From NCBI GenBank assembly GCA_040218735.1, contig JAVJQW010000062.1:96001-160000 (forward strand): a stretch of 64,000 bases of DNA, given 5' to 3'. The stretch is from Deltaproteobacteria bacterium (lineage in GTDB: Bacteria; Myxococcota; Kuafuiibacteriia; Kuafuiibacteriales; Kuafuiibacteriaceae). Every line of letters starts with the position of its first letter. Position 1 is the stretch's first letter. The position numbers and the translations under genes are program-made. Positions 52,933-61,289 of the stretch are shown here, piece by piece. A model generated the notes under the pieces. It was given only the letters and a program-made list of their open reading frames with translations, was not told where the DNA came from and searched no databases.

Positions 52933-53064
52933 CGAGGCTGCGCCTCGAACGGTCCAGGCTCGGTCGAAACGCAGTGCGGCGCATCCTCGCGCTGGCAGCC
53001 CACAGCGGGCAGCCAGCAGCTTTGGTGCCGCGATCGTTGGGCCGGGCTTAGGCCTCCCCAGAGA

Positions 53065-54585
53065 TCAATGAACGCCGTGCATCCACTTCTTCAGGAACGG
53101 CGAGAGCGCGGTGATGACCACGCCGCCGACGAGCGGGAGCAGCACGAGCAGCAGGAAGAAGCCCGGGAGGCCCGGGAACACAAACGTGTGCTCGGCGGGG
53201 GCGCCGCCCTCGCCGGGGAGGAAGGCGCGCGACAGGACGGCGACCTGCGCGCCGACGAAGTTCGCGCCGGCGAGGGAGAGGAACCAGATGCCCATCATCA
53301 GCGCCTGCAGGCGCTTCGGGGCCAGCTTCGTCACCATCGACAGACCGACCGGCGAGAGGCACAGCTCACCCCAGGTGACGACGACGAACGTGATGAAGAG
53401 CCAGTGCGGACCGGCCATGCCGCCGTCCTGCGCCTGCATCGAGCCGAAGATCATCGCGATGAACGACAGGCCGAGGAGCCACTGACCCCACGCGAACTTC
53501 ATCGGCGTCGACGGGTTCTTGTCCATGGCGTTGAGCTTCACCCACAGCCACGAGAACACCGGCGCGAACACCACGATCGCGAGCGGGTTCACCGCTTGGT
53601 ACCAGGTCGCCGGGAACGCCGTGCCGAAGATCGTGCGGTCCGTGTTCTCCGCGGCGAACACGTTCAGCGTCGTGCCGGCCTGCTCGAAGAACGCCCAGAA
53701 CATGATGTTGCCGAGGATGGCGAGCACGACGATGACGACGAGCCGCTGGAAGTCGACCGACGTGAGCGGGCGCGTGGCCTCGTGCGCGTCCACGCGGGCG
53801 GCCTCGATCTCCTCCGGCGTCGGGTCGCGACCCGCCTCCTTGGCGGCGTCGTGGCTCGGCGGCAGGCCGATGCCCGCGAGGTACTTCGGGCGGAGGAACT
53901 GGTAGCAGATCAGCCCCATGATCATGCCGACCGCCGCGGCGCCGAAGCCCCAGTGCCAGCCGACCTTCTCGCCGAGCGTACCGGCGACGAGCGGCGACAG
54001 GAGCGCGCCGAGGTTGATGCCCATGTAGAAGATCGTGAACCCGGAGTCGCGGCGCGGGTCACCCTCGCCGTACAGCTGACCGACCATCACGGACACACAC
54101 GGCTTGAAGAAGCCGGTACCGACGACGATCAGGACCAGACCGCCGACGAAGCAGATCAGCGAGCCCGCGCTCGCCTGCATGCTCACCACCGAGCCGGGCG
54201 TGATCCCGAACAGCTCGGTCCCCGCCAGCGTGATGTGGCCCGCGGCGATGATCCAACCGCCGATCAACATCGAGCGGTGTGTCCCGAGGAACTTGTCCGC
54301 GAGCCAGCCGCCGACCAACGGCGTGATGTACACCGCCGACGTGTAGTACCCGTACAGCTCGTACGCCGACGCCTCGTCCCAGCCGAAGCCGGGGTTCCAG
54401 TTCTTCCCCCCGTCGGGGAGCAGCTCGTCGGTGCTCGCGATCAGGTACAGCACCAAGAGCGCGCGCATCCCGTAGTAGGAGAACCGCTCCCACATCTCGG
54501 TGATGAAGAGGACCCAGAGTCCCTTGGGATGCCCGGACGGCGCCGGCTGCGCTTGGCCATGCATGATTTCGGGGGCGTAAGTCAC
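53065..54585 (-). CDS. POT/PTR2 proton-dependent oligopeptide transporter
   Basis: EMWERFSYYGMR, GTGFFKP, FTIFYMGINLG, ELCLSPVGLS. Confidence 0.96.
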   Translation of the reverse strand: MTYAPEIMHGQAQPAPSGHPKGLWVLFITEMWERFSYYGMRALLVLYLIASTDELLPDGGKNWNPGFGWDEASAYELYGYYTSAVYITPLVGGWLADKFLGTHRSMLIGGWIIAAGHITLAGTELFGITPGSVVSMQASAGSLICFVGGLVLIVVGTGFFKPCVSVMVGQLYGEGDPRRDSGFTIFYMGINLGALLSPLVAGTLGEKVGWHWGFGAAAVGMIMGLICYQFLRPKYLAGIGLPPSHDAAKEAGRDPTPEEIEAARVDAHEATRPLTSVDFQRLVVIVVLAILGNIMFWAFFEQAGTTLNVFAAENTDRTIFGTAFPATWYQAVNPLAIVVFAPVFSWLWVKLNAMDKNPSTPMKFAWGQWLLGLSFIAMIFGSMQAQDGGMAGPHWLFITFVVVTWGELCLSPVGLSMVTKLAPKRLQALMMGIWFLSLAGANFVGAQVAVLSRAFLPGEGGAPAEHTFVFPGLPGFFLLLVLLPLVGGVVITALSPFLKKWMHGVH

Positions 54586-54600
54586 AGCGTTGTGACGTAC
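54577..54600. promoter_or_regulatory. Candidate operator (imperfect palindrome)
   Basis: gtaagtcaca-gcgt-tgtgacgtac, 9 of 10 positions inverted-matched, at the POT gene start. Confidence 0.5.
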
Positions 54601-54656
54601 ACGTCAACCGACAACGGCGCGTCCAGACCTCGGGGTCGTTCAGGGCCTCGGGGCGT

Positions 54657-55052
54657 TCACGGCGTGTGGCTGCCGAGGACGATCGTCTCTTCGGTCTGCT
54701 CGCCGTTCACGATCTCGACGCCCTCGAGGCACCCGAACGCGATCGGCACGCCGCCCGCGTCGAAGCCCCACACCGCCAACGCGTAGGTGCCCGCGCGGAG
54801 GTCGAAGAGCACGCCGGTCGCCGCGTCGTCCGCGGCGTTCACGCTCATCGTCTGATTGTGCAGACCGAGGGTCGCCGCCGACGACAGCTCGATCCCCAGG
54901 CAGCTCGCGTCCCCCGGGTACAGGGAGATGCGCGCCGTCGTCATGTTCGGGAACAGGCCGCGGCTGGTCGCGTCGATCGACAGCCCCAAACCGGGCTCGC
55001 CGCCGCCGCAGGCGACCAGCGCCAACAGCGCGAGCGCGCCGAGGCGCCTCAT
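54657..55052 (-). CDS. Hypothetical lipoprotein
   Basis: Start re-called at ATG 55052 (ATGA overlap); LVAC lipobox. Confidence 0.75.
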   Translation of the reverse strand: MRRLGALALLALVACGGGEPGLGLSIDATSRGLFPNMTTARISLYPGDASCLGIELSSAATLGLHNQTMSVNAADDAATGVLFDLRAGTYALAVWGFDAGGVPIAFGCLEGVEIVNGEQTEETIVLGSHTP

Positions 55053-55669
55053 TGGAAGTCCACGACGAGGCATCCGCCGTCCCCCCGATCACAAGCGGTG
55101 CTCGACCCACCGAGCGCCACGATGGCGACCACCGTCGCCACGGCCACGACCCCCGCGCCAATCCCCACGAACACCCACGGGCTCACGCCGTCGTCCTTGG
55201 GCGGCAGCTTCGTCACCGTCGTCTCCCCCGACGTCGGCGGCGGAGGCGGCGGTGGCACGAGCTCCACCTCGTCCGGCGGAGGGGGTGGAGGCGGCGGCGG
55301 TGGAGGCGGTGGCGAGGACGCCGTCGGCATCGAGCTCTTCACCCGCGCGATGGCGATCTTCGTCTTGGGTGAGGTCCCCTCGGGGACGACGACGTTCCGG
55401 TCGAGCTTCAGCGCCTGCACGAAGGCGGCGTCGGCGGCCTCGGTGTTGCCGAGCTCGAAGTCGAGCATCCCGAGGTAGAGGAACGCGCGGGCGCGATCGG
55501 CGTCGGGCAGATCCTTCGCGCGGCTCGCGGCGTTCAGCCGCGCGCGGGCGCGGTCGATGTCGAGGTTGTCGTAGAAGGCGATGCCGTCATCGAGGTCGCG
55601 TTTGCCGTCCGCGAGCGCGGCGCCCGGGAGCAGGCAGCACGCGAGCACCACTGATGCGGTCCACCGCAA
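55049..55669 (-). CDS. Exported TPR protein with poly-Pro linker and C-terminal TM
   Basis: Probable TTG start; AFLYLGMLDFELG TPR; PWVFVGIGAGVV anchor. Confidence 0.75.
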   Translation of the reverse strand: MRWTASVVLACCLLPGAALADGKRDLDDGIAFYDNLDIDRARARLNAASRAKDLPDADRARAFLYLGMLDFELGNTEAADAAFVQALKLDRNVVVPEGTSPKTKIAIARVKSSMPTASSPPPPPPPPPPPPPDEVELVPPPPPPPTSGETTVTKLPPKDDGVSPWVFVGIGAGVVAVATVVAIVALGGSSTACDRGDGGCLVVDFQ

Positions 55670-55692
55670 GTCTTTGGGTTCCGAGGCGCCGG

Positions 55693-55983
55693 TCAGGCCG
55701 TGCCGGCGAGCGCCGCCTTGAGGCGCTTCTGAATCGACTTCTCGAGGAGGTCCGGCTTCACGCCCGCCATCTTGGCCATCATGCCCAGCTTGACCACGAC
55801 GGTGACGTTCTTGTCCGTGACACGCACGTCGCCGGAGGCGCCCGTCCCCTTGAGGTCGGCGTTCGCCCCGCTCCACTCGAGCTTCATCCCATACTTCGAG
55901 AGGTCCCCCTCGAAGCTGGCGAGCGACTTCTTGGCGTCGTCGACGGAGAGCGCGTGCGATTCGGTGACCGTAATCGTGCTCAT
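55693..55983 (-). CDS. Polyhydroxyalkanoic acid system (PHA_gran_rgn-like) protein
   Basis: MSTITVTESHALSVDDAK...YGMKLEWSG...GASGDV pattern. Confidence 0.75.
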   Translation of the reverse strand: MSTITVTESHALSVDDAKKSLASFEGDLSKYGMKLEWSGANADLKGTGASGDVRVTDKNVTVVVKLGMMAKMAGVKPDLLEKSIQKRLKAALAGTA

Positions 55984-55993
55984 GAGCGCCGAC

Positions 55994-56161
55994 CTACTTC
56001 AGCTTCTTCTCGACGAAGAGGACGTGCTTGCGCGCCTTCGGGTCGTACTTCTTGAGCTCCAGCTTGTTGGTCATCGTCCGGCGGTTCTTGGTGGTGATGT
56101 AGAAGAACCCGGTGCCCGCCGATGACTCGAGCTTGATCTTTTCGCGGCCGGTCTTTGCCAT
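55994..56161 (-). CDS. rpmG: 50S ribosomal protein L33, Cys-free form; not in the ORF track
   Basis: [55 protein letters not shown]. Confidence 0.97.
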   Translation of the reverse strand: MAKTGREKIKLESSAGTGFFYITTKNRRTMTNKLELKKYDPKARKHVLFVEKKLK

Positions 56162-56217
56162 GGTCCGGCCTGGCTATCCGATGTCCGCCCAATCAGCAAG
56201 GGCTTTGTCGCCCTGCG

Positions 56218-57255
56218 CTACAGCGCGTGCTCCATCCGCACCGCCGGCGCCTTGCCCCGGCACGGGCGCACCTCGCCGATGATCCAGGCCGACAGCTCGG
56301 CGGCGAGCGCCTCGGCCCGCCGGGGGGAGACCGCCATCAGCAAGCCCCCGCTCGTCTGCGGGTCCGCCGCCAGCCGGGTCGCGGCCCGCGGGGCGGTCTT
56401 GGCGGGCGCGAACTGGCGCCCGTAGCCGTTCAGGTTGACCTGCGTCGGGCCGACCTCGACCCCCTGCCCCAGGTAATCCATGACGCCCGGCAGCGTGGGG
56501 AGCGCCGAGGCGTCGAGCATCACGTCCACGTTCGACGCCCGCGCGATGTTGAGCGCGTGGCCCGCCAGGCCGAACCCGGTCACGTCGGTTGCGCAGCGAA
56601 CCCGGGCCTCGATCATCGCGGCGCTCGCGACGTCGTTCAGGGTCGTCATCGACGCGACGAGCGCGCGCGTCTGCTTCGCCGTGCGCAGCCCGTTCTTCAT
56701 CGCCTGGTACAGGACCCCCGTCCCGAGGGGCTTCGTCAGGACCAGGACGTCCTTCGGTTTGGCACCGGCGACCGTCGTCATCTTCTTGCTGCGCACGATG
56801 CCCGTCACCGCGAAGCCGAGCTTGAGCTCGGAGTCCTTCACCGTGTGCCCACCGATCAACATCGCACCCGCCGAGAACAGCAGCTCCTCCGCGCCGCGGA
56901 GCATCGGCCCCAGCGCGCGCGGCGGCAGATCCTTGGGGACGGCGAGGAACGACACCGCGGACATCGGCTGCCCGCCCATCGCGAAGATGTCGCTCACCGC
57001 GTTGGCGGCGGCGACGCGCCCGAAGGTCTCGGGGTCATCGACGATCGGCGTGATGACGTCGATGGTGTGGAGCAGCCCGCGATCCGCGTCCAGGCGCACC
57101 GCTCCAGCGTCGTCGACCGTGTTCATGTCGACGAGGATTCGTTTATCGGCCCGCGGCGCGAGCGAACCGAGCATGGCCTTCAGGTCACCCGGACCCAACT
57201 TGGCCGCTCACCCACCCGACAGCGCGTATTGGGTGAGACGAATGCGCTTTCCCAT
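56218..57255 (-). CDS. selD: Selenide, water dikinase (selenophosphate synthetase), selenocysteine-containing
   Basis: ATG 57255 MGKRIRLTQYALSGG-UGA(57208-57210)-AAKLGP; DDAG, AANAVSDIFAMGG, GGHT, TDVTGFGLAGH, DPQTSGGLL. Confidence 0.95.
57175..57207 (-). promoter_or_regulatory. Bacterial SECIS-like hairpin
   Basis: UUGGGUC-CGGGU-GACCUGA upper stem, GGCC/GGCC lower stem; loop begins 16 nt after the UGA. Confidence 0.7.
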
Positions 57256-57265
57256 CGACGTCGGC

Positions 57266-57937
57266 TTAGTCGTCCGTCGTCTGCGAAGCAAGCGTCGCCT
57301 CGATCGCGCGGCGGGTGTGCACACGTTCGAGGCGCCTCGCGTCGGCGAGCGCGCGCTCGAGGTCCTCGGCGCGATCGACGTCGTAGCCGACCTCGAGCTT
57401 CGCGATCTTCAGCGCAGCGGCGCCCGCCGCACGTTCCGTCGCGGCCATGACCTCGGGGGTCGACCACGGGATGTCTTGGAGCAGCGCAGGCTGCGGACCC
57501 GCGAACCCGACGAGATCGTAGCCGCCGTCTTCGGTCGGCCCAAAGACCGCGTCGTGCTCCGCGAGCGCGGCGAACGCGGCGCGGATGCGACCGGGCGCCA
57601 TCGTCGGGGCGTCGCTCCCGAGCACCAGCACGTGATCGGCGGCGCCGCGCACGCGTGCGTCTTCGATGCGCGCGCCCAACCCTTCGCCGGACTGCGCCGC
57701 GACGTCCCACCCCGCGGGCGCGAGCGCGCGGGCTTCGTCGATCGTGTCGCCCTCCGTGAGCGCGCAGGAGAAGACGCGGCGTTCGTTCGTCTCGCGATCG
57801 ACGTACGCGAACACGTCGGCGAGGAACGCACCGTACAGGTGCGCGGCGTTCTCGGGCGTGAGCGGCGGGCACATCCGCGTCTTCACGCGCCCCGGGCGGG
57901 GCAACTTGCCCATGACGACGACGGCGCGCGTCGTCAT
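57266..57937 (-). CDS. DUF2064/TIGR04282-type nucleotide-sugar transferase-like protein
   Basis: Start re-called at ATG 57937; KLPRPGRVKTRM, QSGEGLGARI, GSDAP, GPTEDGGY, IPWST, DVD. Confidence 0.9.
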   Translation of the reverse strand: MTTRAVVVMGKLPRPGRVKTRMCPPLTPENAAHLYGAFLADVFAYVDRETNERRVFSCALTEGDTIDEARALAPAGWDVAAQSGEGLGARIEDARVRGAADHVLVLGSDAPTMAPGRIRAAFAALAEHDAVFGPTEDGGYDLVGFAGPQPALLQDIPWSTPEVMAATERAAGAAALKIAKLEVGYDVDRAEDLERALADARRLERVHTRRAIEATLASQTTDD

Positions 57938-58836
57938 CGCATCACGCACTGGAACCCTTGCGCGGTCATGATGCAGGCGGTGCCGGGCGGGCAGCTGTTG
58001 GGATCGTTCGGGTCGCAGGAACCGGGCGCCCCGCTTCCGCCGTCGCGCCCCTGGCCGCTCCCACACACCGTCGTGATCCCGCGGCCCGGCGTCTGCTGCG
58101 GGAGGCACATCAGCGGCGCGACACACGCGCCCGCGACGTTTGGATCACACGCTTCCCCCGCCTCCGCCGGTTCGCCGCAGGTGCATCGCGCCTGGCCGAA
58201 GACGATCGGACACGTGCAGCCGAGCGAGGTCTGACAGGAGCCGTCACCCGGTTCACAGGCGCGCCCTTCGGCGCCGTCGCTACAGAAGAAGAACGCGCCG
58301 CCGCCCGAGCCGATCGCTCGGACACACACGCCGTTCGGGCACGTCTCCGGGACGAAGCGATCACACAGCTCGTTGTTCGGATCGTGGGCGTCGCGGCAGC
58401 GGCAGTCCGTCGTGCTCGAAGCGTCCGTGTAACAGACACACCCGAGCTGCGTGGTGCAGATATCCGCGGTCTTGGAGCACGCGATCCCCAGGCGACCGTC
58501 GCTGCAGATGTCGATATCGAAGCCTTCGGAGCGCGCGCGCACGCATTGGAACGGGCTCTCGCAGGTCTCGGGGTGTTGGACGTCGCACGGTTCGTTGAAC
58601 GCCTTGGGTGTATGGCACCCGCAGTCGCCGAGGATGCAGCCGCACACCTGCCCGCCGCTGCACGTCACCGGGCACTGGTACGGCCCCGCGTCATTGAGGC
58701 CGGAGTCGTAGAAGCCGGCGTCGATGAAGCCGGCGTCGGGGATCGTGAACGCACCACCGTCGATGCCACGCTGCCCGGAGGTGTCCTTGCAGGTCACCAG
58801 CAGCAGGAGAGCGAAGACGGAAGCGAGGCGACGCAC
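57934..58836 (-). CDS. Cys-rich lipoprotein
   Basis: LVTC lipobox, DAG repeats, duplicated CSDGxxGxxC...CxTxLGCxC units. Confidence 0.8.
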   Translation of the reverse strand: MRRLASVFALLLLVTCKDTSGQRGIDGGAFTIPDAGFIDAGFYDSGLNDAGPYQCPVTCSGGQVCGCILGDCGCHTPKAFNEPCDVQHPETCESPFQCVRARSEGFDIDICSDGRLGIACSKTADICTTQLGCVCYTDASSTTDCRCRDAHDPNNELCDRFVPETCPNGVCVRAIGSGGGAFFFCSDGAEGRACEPGDGSCQTSLGCTCPIVFGQARCTCGEPAEAGEACDPNVAGACVAPLMCLPQQTPGRGITTVCGSGQGRDGGSGAPGSCDPNDPNSCPPGTACIMTAQGFQCVMR

Positions 58837-58870
58837 GATTTGGCATCATCGCCGCGCGACACACGCGAGG

Positions 58871-59890
58871 TCAAAACAGGCCGAGCGCGAGCAGGTCCTG
58901 GACGTCGAGCAGCCCCACCGGGCGGTGCTTCGTATCCACGACCGCGACCTGGTCGACGTGATGCGCCCGCATCACCGCCGCCGCCTCCGCGACACGCTGA
59001 TCCGGCGTGATGGTCTTGGGCAAAGTCGACATCACCGAAGAGATCGGCGCCGCGAGATCACAGGTGCCCGACTCCATCAGGCGGCGCAGGTCGCCGTCCG
59101 TGAACATGCCGACGAGCTTCTTGTAGGGACCGATCACCGTCGCCGCGCCGGGGCGACCGGGCGTCGACGTCATCACGCTGATCACCTCGGCGATCGTCGC
59201 CTTCGGCTTCACACACGGCAGCATCTCGCCGCCCCGCATGACGTCCTCGACGAGCATCAGCCGCCGACCGAGCGAGCCGGCGGGGTGGAACTGCTTGAAC
59301 TCGTCCTCGGTGAAGCCGCGCAGCTCGAGCACGACCATCGCGAGCGCGTCGCCGAGCGCGAGCATCACGGTGGTCGACGTGGTCGGCGCGAGGCCGGTCC
59401 CCGCTTCGTCCCAGCGGCCCATCTCGATCGTCAGGTCCGCGCCGCGCGCGAGTGAGGAGCGCTTCGACGCGGTCATCGCGATCACCGTCGCGCCGACCTG
59501 CTTCACCGCGGGGATGAGCCGCAGCATCTCCTCGGTCTCCCCCGAGTGCGACAGCGCGAGCACCACGTCCGCCGGCGTGAGCCGACCGAGGTCGCCGTGC
59601 AGCGCGTCGGCCGGGTGGAGGAACAACGACGGGGTGCCGGTGGAGGCAAACGTCGCGGAGATCTTCTGCGAGACGAAGTTCGCCTTGCCCATCCCCGTGA
59701 CGACGAGGCGCCCCTCACACGCGGCGATGAGGTGCGTCGCCTTCGTGAAGGCGCCGTTCAGGCGCTCCCCGGCCTCGGCGACCGCGCGTGCTTCGTCGGC
59801 GAGGACACGCCGCCCGATCGCGAGCGGCCGCACCGTCGACTTTCGCTTCAATGGATTGCGGCGCCGGGCCACGGCGCGGACCGTAGCCAC
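58871..59890 (-). CDS. kdsD: KpsF/GutQ-family arabinose-5-phosphate isomerase (SIS plus 2 CBS)
   Basis: VTGMGKA, ASTGTPS, HPADALHGDLG, APTTST, FHPAGSLG, TDGDLRR; start uncertain. Confidence 0.92.
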   Translation of the reverse strand: MATVRAVARRRNPLKRKSTVRPLAIGRRVLADEARAVAEAGERLNGAFTKATHLIAACEGRLVVTGMGKANFVSQKISATFASTGTPSLFLHPADALHGDLGRLTPADVVLALSHSGETEEMLRLIPAVKQVGATVIAMTASKRSSLARGADLTIEMGRWDEAGTGLAPTTSTTVMLALGDALAMVVLELRGFTEDEFKQFHPAGSLGRRLMLVEDVMRGGEMLPCVKPKATIAEVISVMTSTPGRPGAATVIGPYKKLVGMFTDGDLRRLMESGTCDLAAPISSVMSTLPKTITPDQRVAEAAAVMRAHHVDQVAVVDTKHRPVGLLDVQDLLALGLF

Positions 59891-59910
59891 CCGCCGCGGG
59901 AGCTGTAAAG

Positions 59911-61278
59911 TCAGATCGCCAGCAGGACGCTGGTACCGATCTTGAGATCCCCGCTGAAGACCGTCGCGCCCTCCAGCGGCGGGTCGTCCACGAACGGCGT
60001 GCGGTCCCCCATCCCGGTGAGCCCGACACGCTGGAACGTGTAGCTCACGCCGAGCTGCAGCCCGAACGCGGACGAGACCCAGAAGCGCCCGCCGCCGCCG
60101 ACGCGGAAGTTGATGCCGAACCCGTCACGCCCCGTGGTCGTGGGGCCTTCGTTGTAGACGGGGACGATCCCGAAGCGGCCCTCGGCGTCGAGCACGAGCT
60201 GCTCGTTCACCTGAACGGTGGCGCGCCCACCCGCTTCGAGCCCGATCGCGGACCAGCTCACGACGACGGTGTTCTCACCCTGCCCTTCCACGGTCATGGA
60301 GTCGTAGAAGAACCCGGCCAGCGGCGTGAGCACGAACCGCCCGGCCTCGTCGTCGCCGAATCGCGCGAGCTCGAGGTTGTAGTGCGCCGCGACGCCGACG
60401 TTGAAGAAGCGCCCGGTCGGCTCCGCGGGCGACACCGCGGGCTCGACGTCGATCGAGTACTTCACCGGCACGAACGACAGCCGCGCGTCGAAACCAAAGC
60501 CCACGCCGGGGATCGTCACACGCGCCCCCGCGTCGATCAGCATGAGCGGCGACAACGTGTACGCCAGCCCGGTGACGACGCCGCCGACCGCGACGGTGTA
60601 CGCGGACAGGGCCTGCGTCCCCGCGCCGAGGCGGAGCTGCAACATGCTCTGCTCGCCGCTCCCCGAGCCCTCCGATCCACCGACGCTCGTCTGCGCCCCC
60701 GTCGGCGACTCGTCCTTGGGTTTCGGCCGCGCGGCGGGGGGTGGCGGCGGCGGATCCGGATCGGGGGTCACCGCGGCGATCGGCGCGGGCGGCGGCGGCG
60801 GTGGTGCCGACACGCGGGACTTGATCGAGGCGGCCATCCCGCTCCCGATCGCGCGGCCGATCTTGGTCGCGCTCTTCCCGCGCCGGTAGGACTTCTTGAT
60901 CTTCTCGATCTCTTCGCCGGTGCGCACGTCGATCAGACGCGCCGTCGCGAAGTACTTCTTGCGGCTCCGGGTGATCTTCACGAGCAGCTGATACTGCGCG
61001 TCTGCGGCTTGCGCGGCCTCCAACGAGGTGGCCTTGGCGCCCGCGGACTTCGCGGCGCCGCGCAGCTCCTTGCCGTACACGACGAGCAGCCCCTGGCCGG
61101 CGAGGCCGGCGACGATGCCGCGCGTGAGGTTTTGCGCCTTCGCGCGGCGGGGGCCGCGAATCTTGGGGAGGGCGACGGACGCTTCCTGCGCCTCGGCGAG
61201 GTCGGGGGCGACCGCCGCCAGGAAGGCAGCCGTCGCGAGCGCTATCGATCTGATCGACACGCTCGCATCATACAACAT
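59911..61278 (-). CDS. Exported protein with Pro-rich linker and probable beta-barrel
   Basis: Signal peptide; same layout as 7892-9271. Confidence 0.75.
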   Translation of the reverse strand: MLYDASVSIRSIALATAAFLAAVAPDLAEAQEASVALPKIRGPRRAKAQNLTRGIVAGLAGQGLLVVYGKELRGAAKSAGAKATSLEAAQAADAQYQLLVKITRSRKKYFATARLIDVRTGEEIEKIKKSYRRGKSATKIGRAIGSGMAASIKSRVSAPPPPPPAPIAAVTPDPDPPPPPPAARPKPKDESPTGAQTSVGGSEGSGSGEQSMLQLRLGAGTQALSAYTVAVGGVVTGLAYTLSPLMLIDAGARVTIPGVGFGFDARLSFVPVKYSIDVEPAVSPAEPTGRFFNVGVAAHYNLELARFGDDEAGRFVLTPLAGFFYDSMTVEGQGENTVVVSWSAIGLEAGGRATVQVNEQLVLDAEGRFGIVPVYNEGPTTTGRDGFGINFRVGGGGRFWVSSAFGLQLGVSYTFQRVGLTGMGDRTPFVDDPPLEGATVFSGDLKIGTSVLLAI

Positions 61279-61289
61279 CCGACACCGAC

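Noticed and set aside
52933-53064. Intergenic hairpins as a REP or MITE element
   Set aside because: Single copy in the window; more simply explained as termination structures between convergent genes
56218-57255. selD as a truncated pseudogene
   Set aside because: The stop is UGA at the catalytic Sec position with a SECIS-like stem, and the rest of the frame is intact
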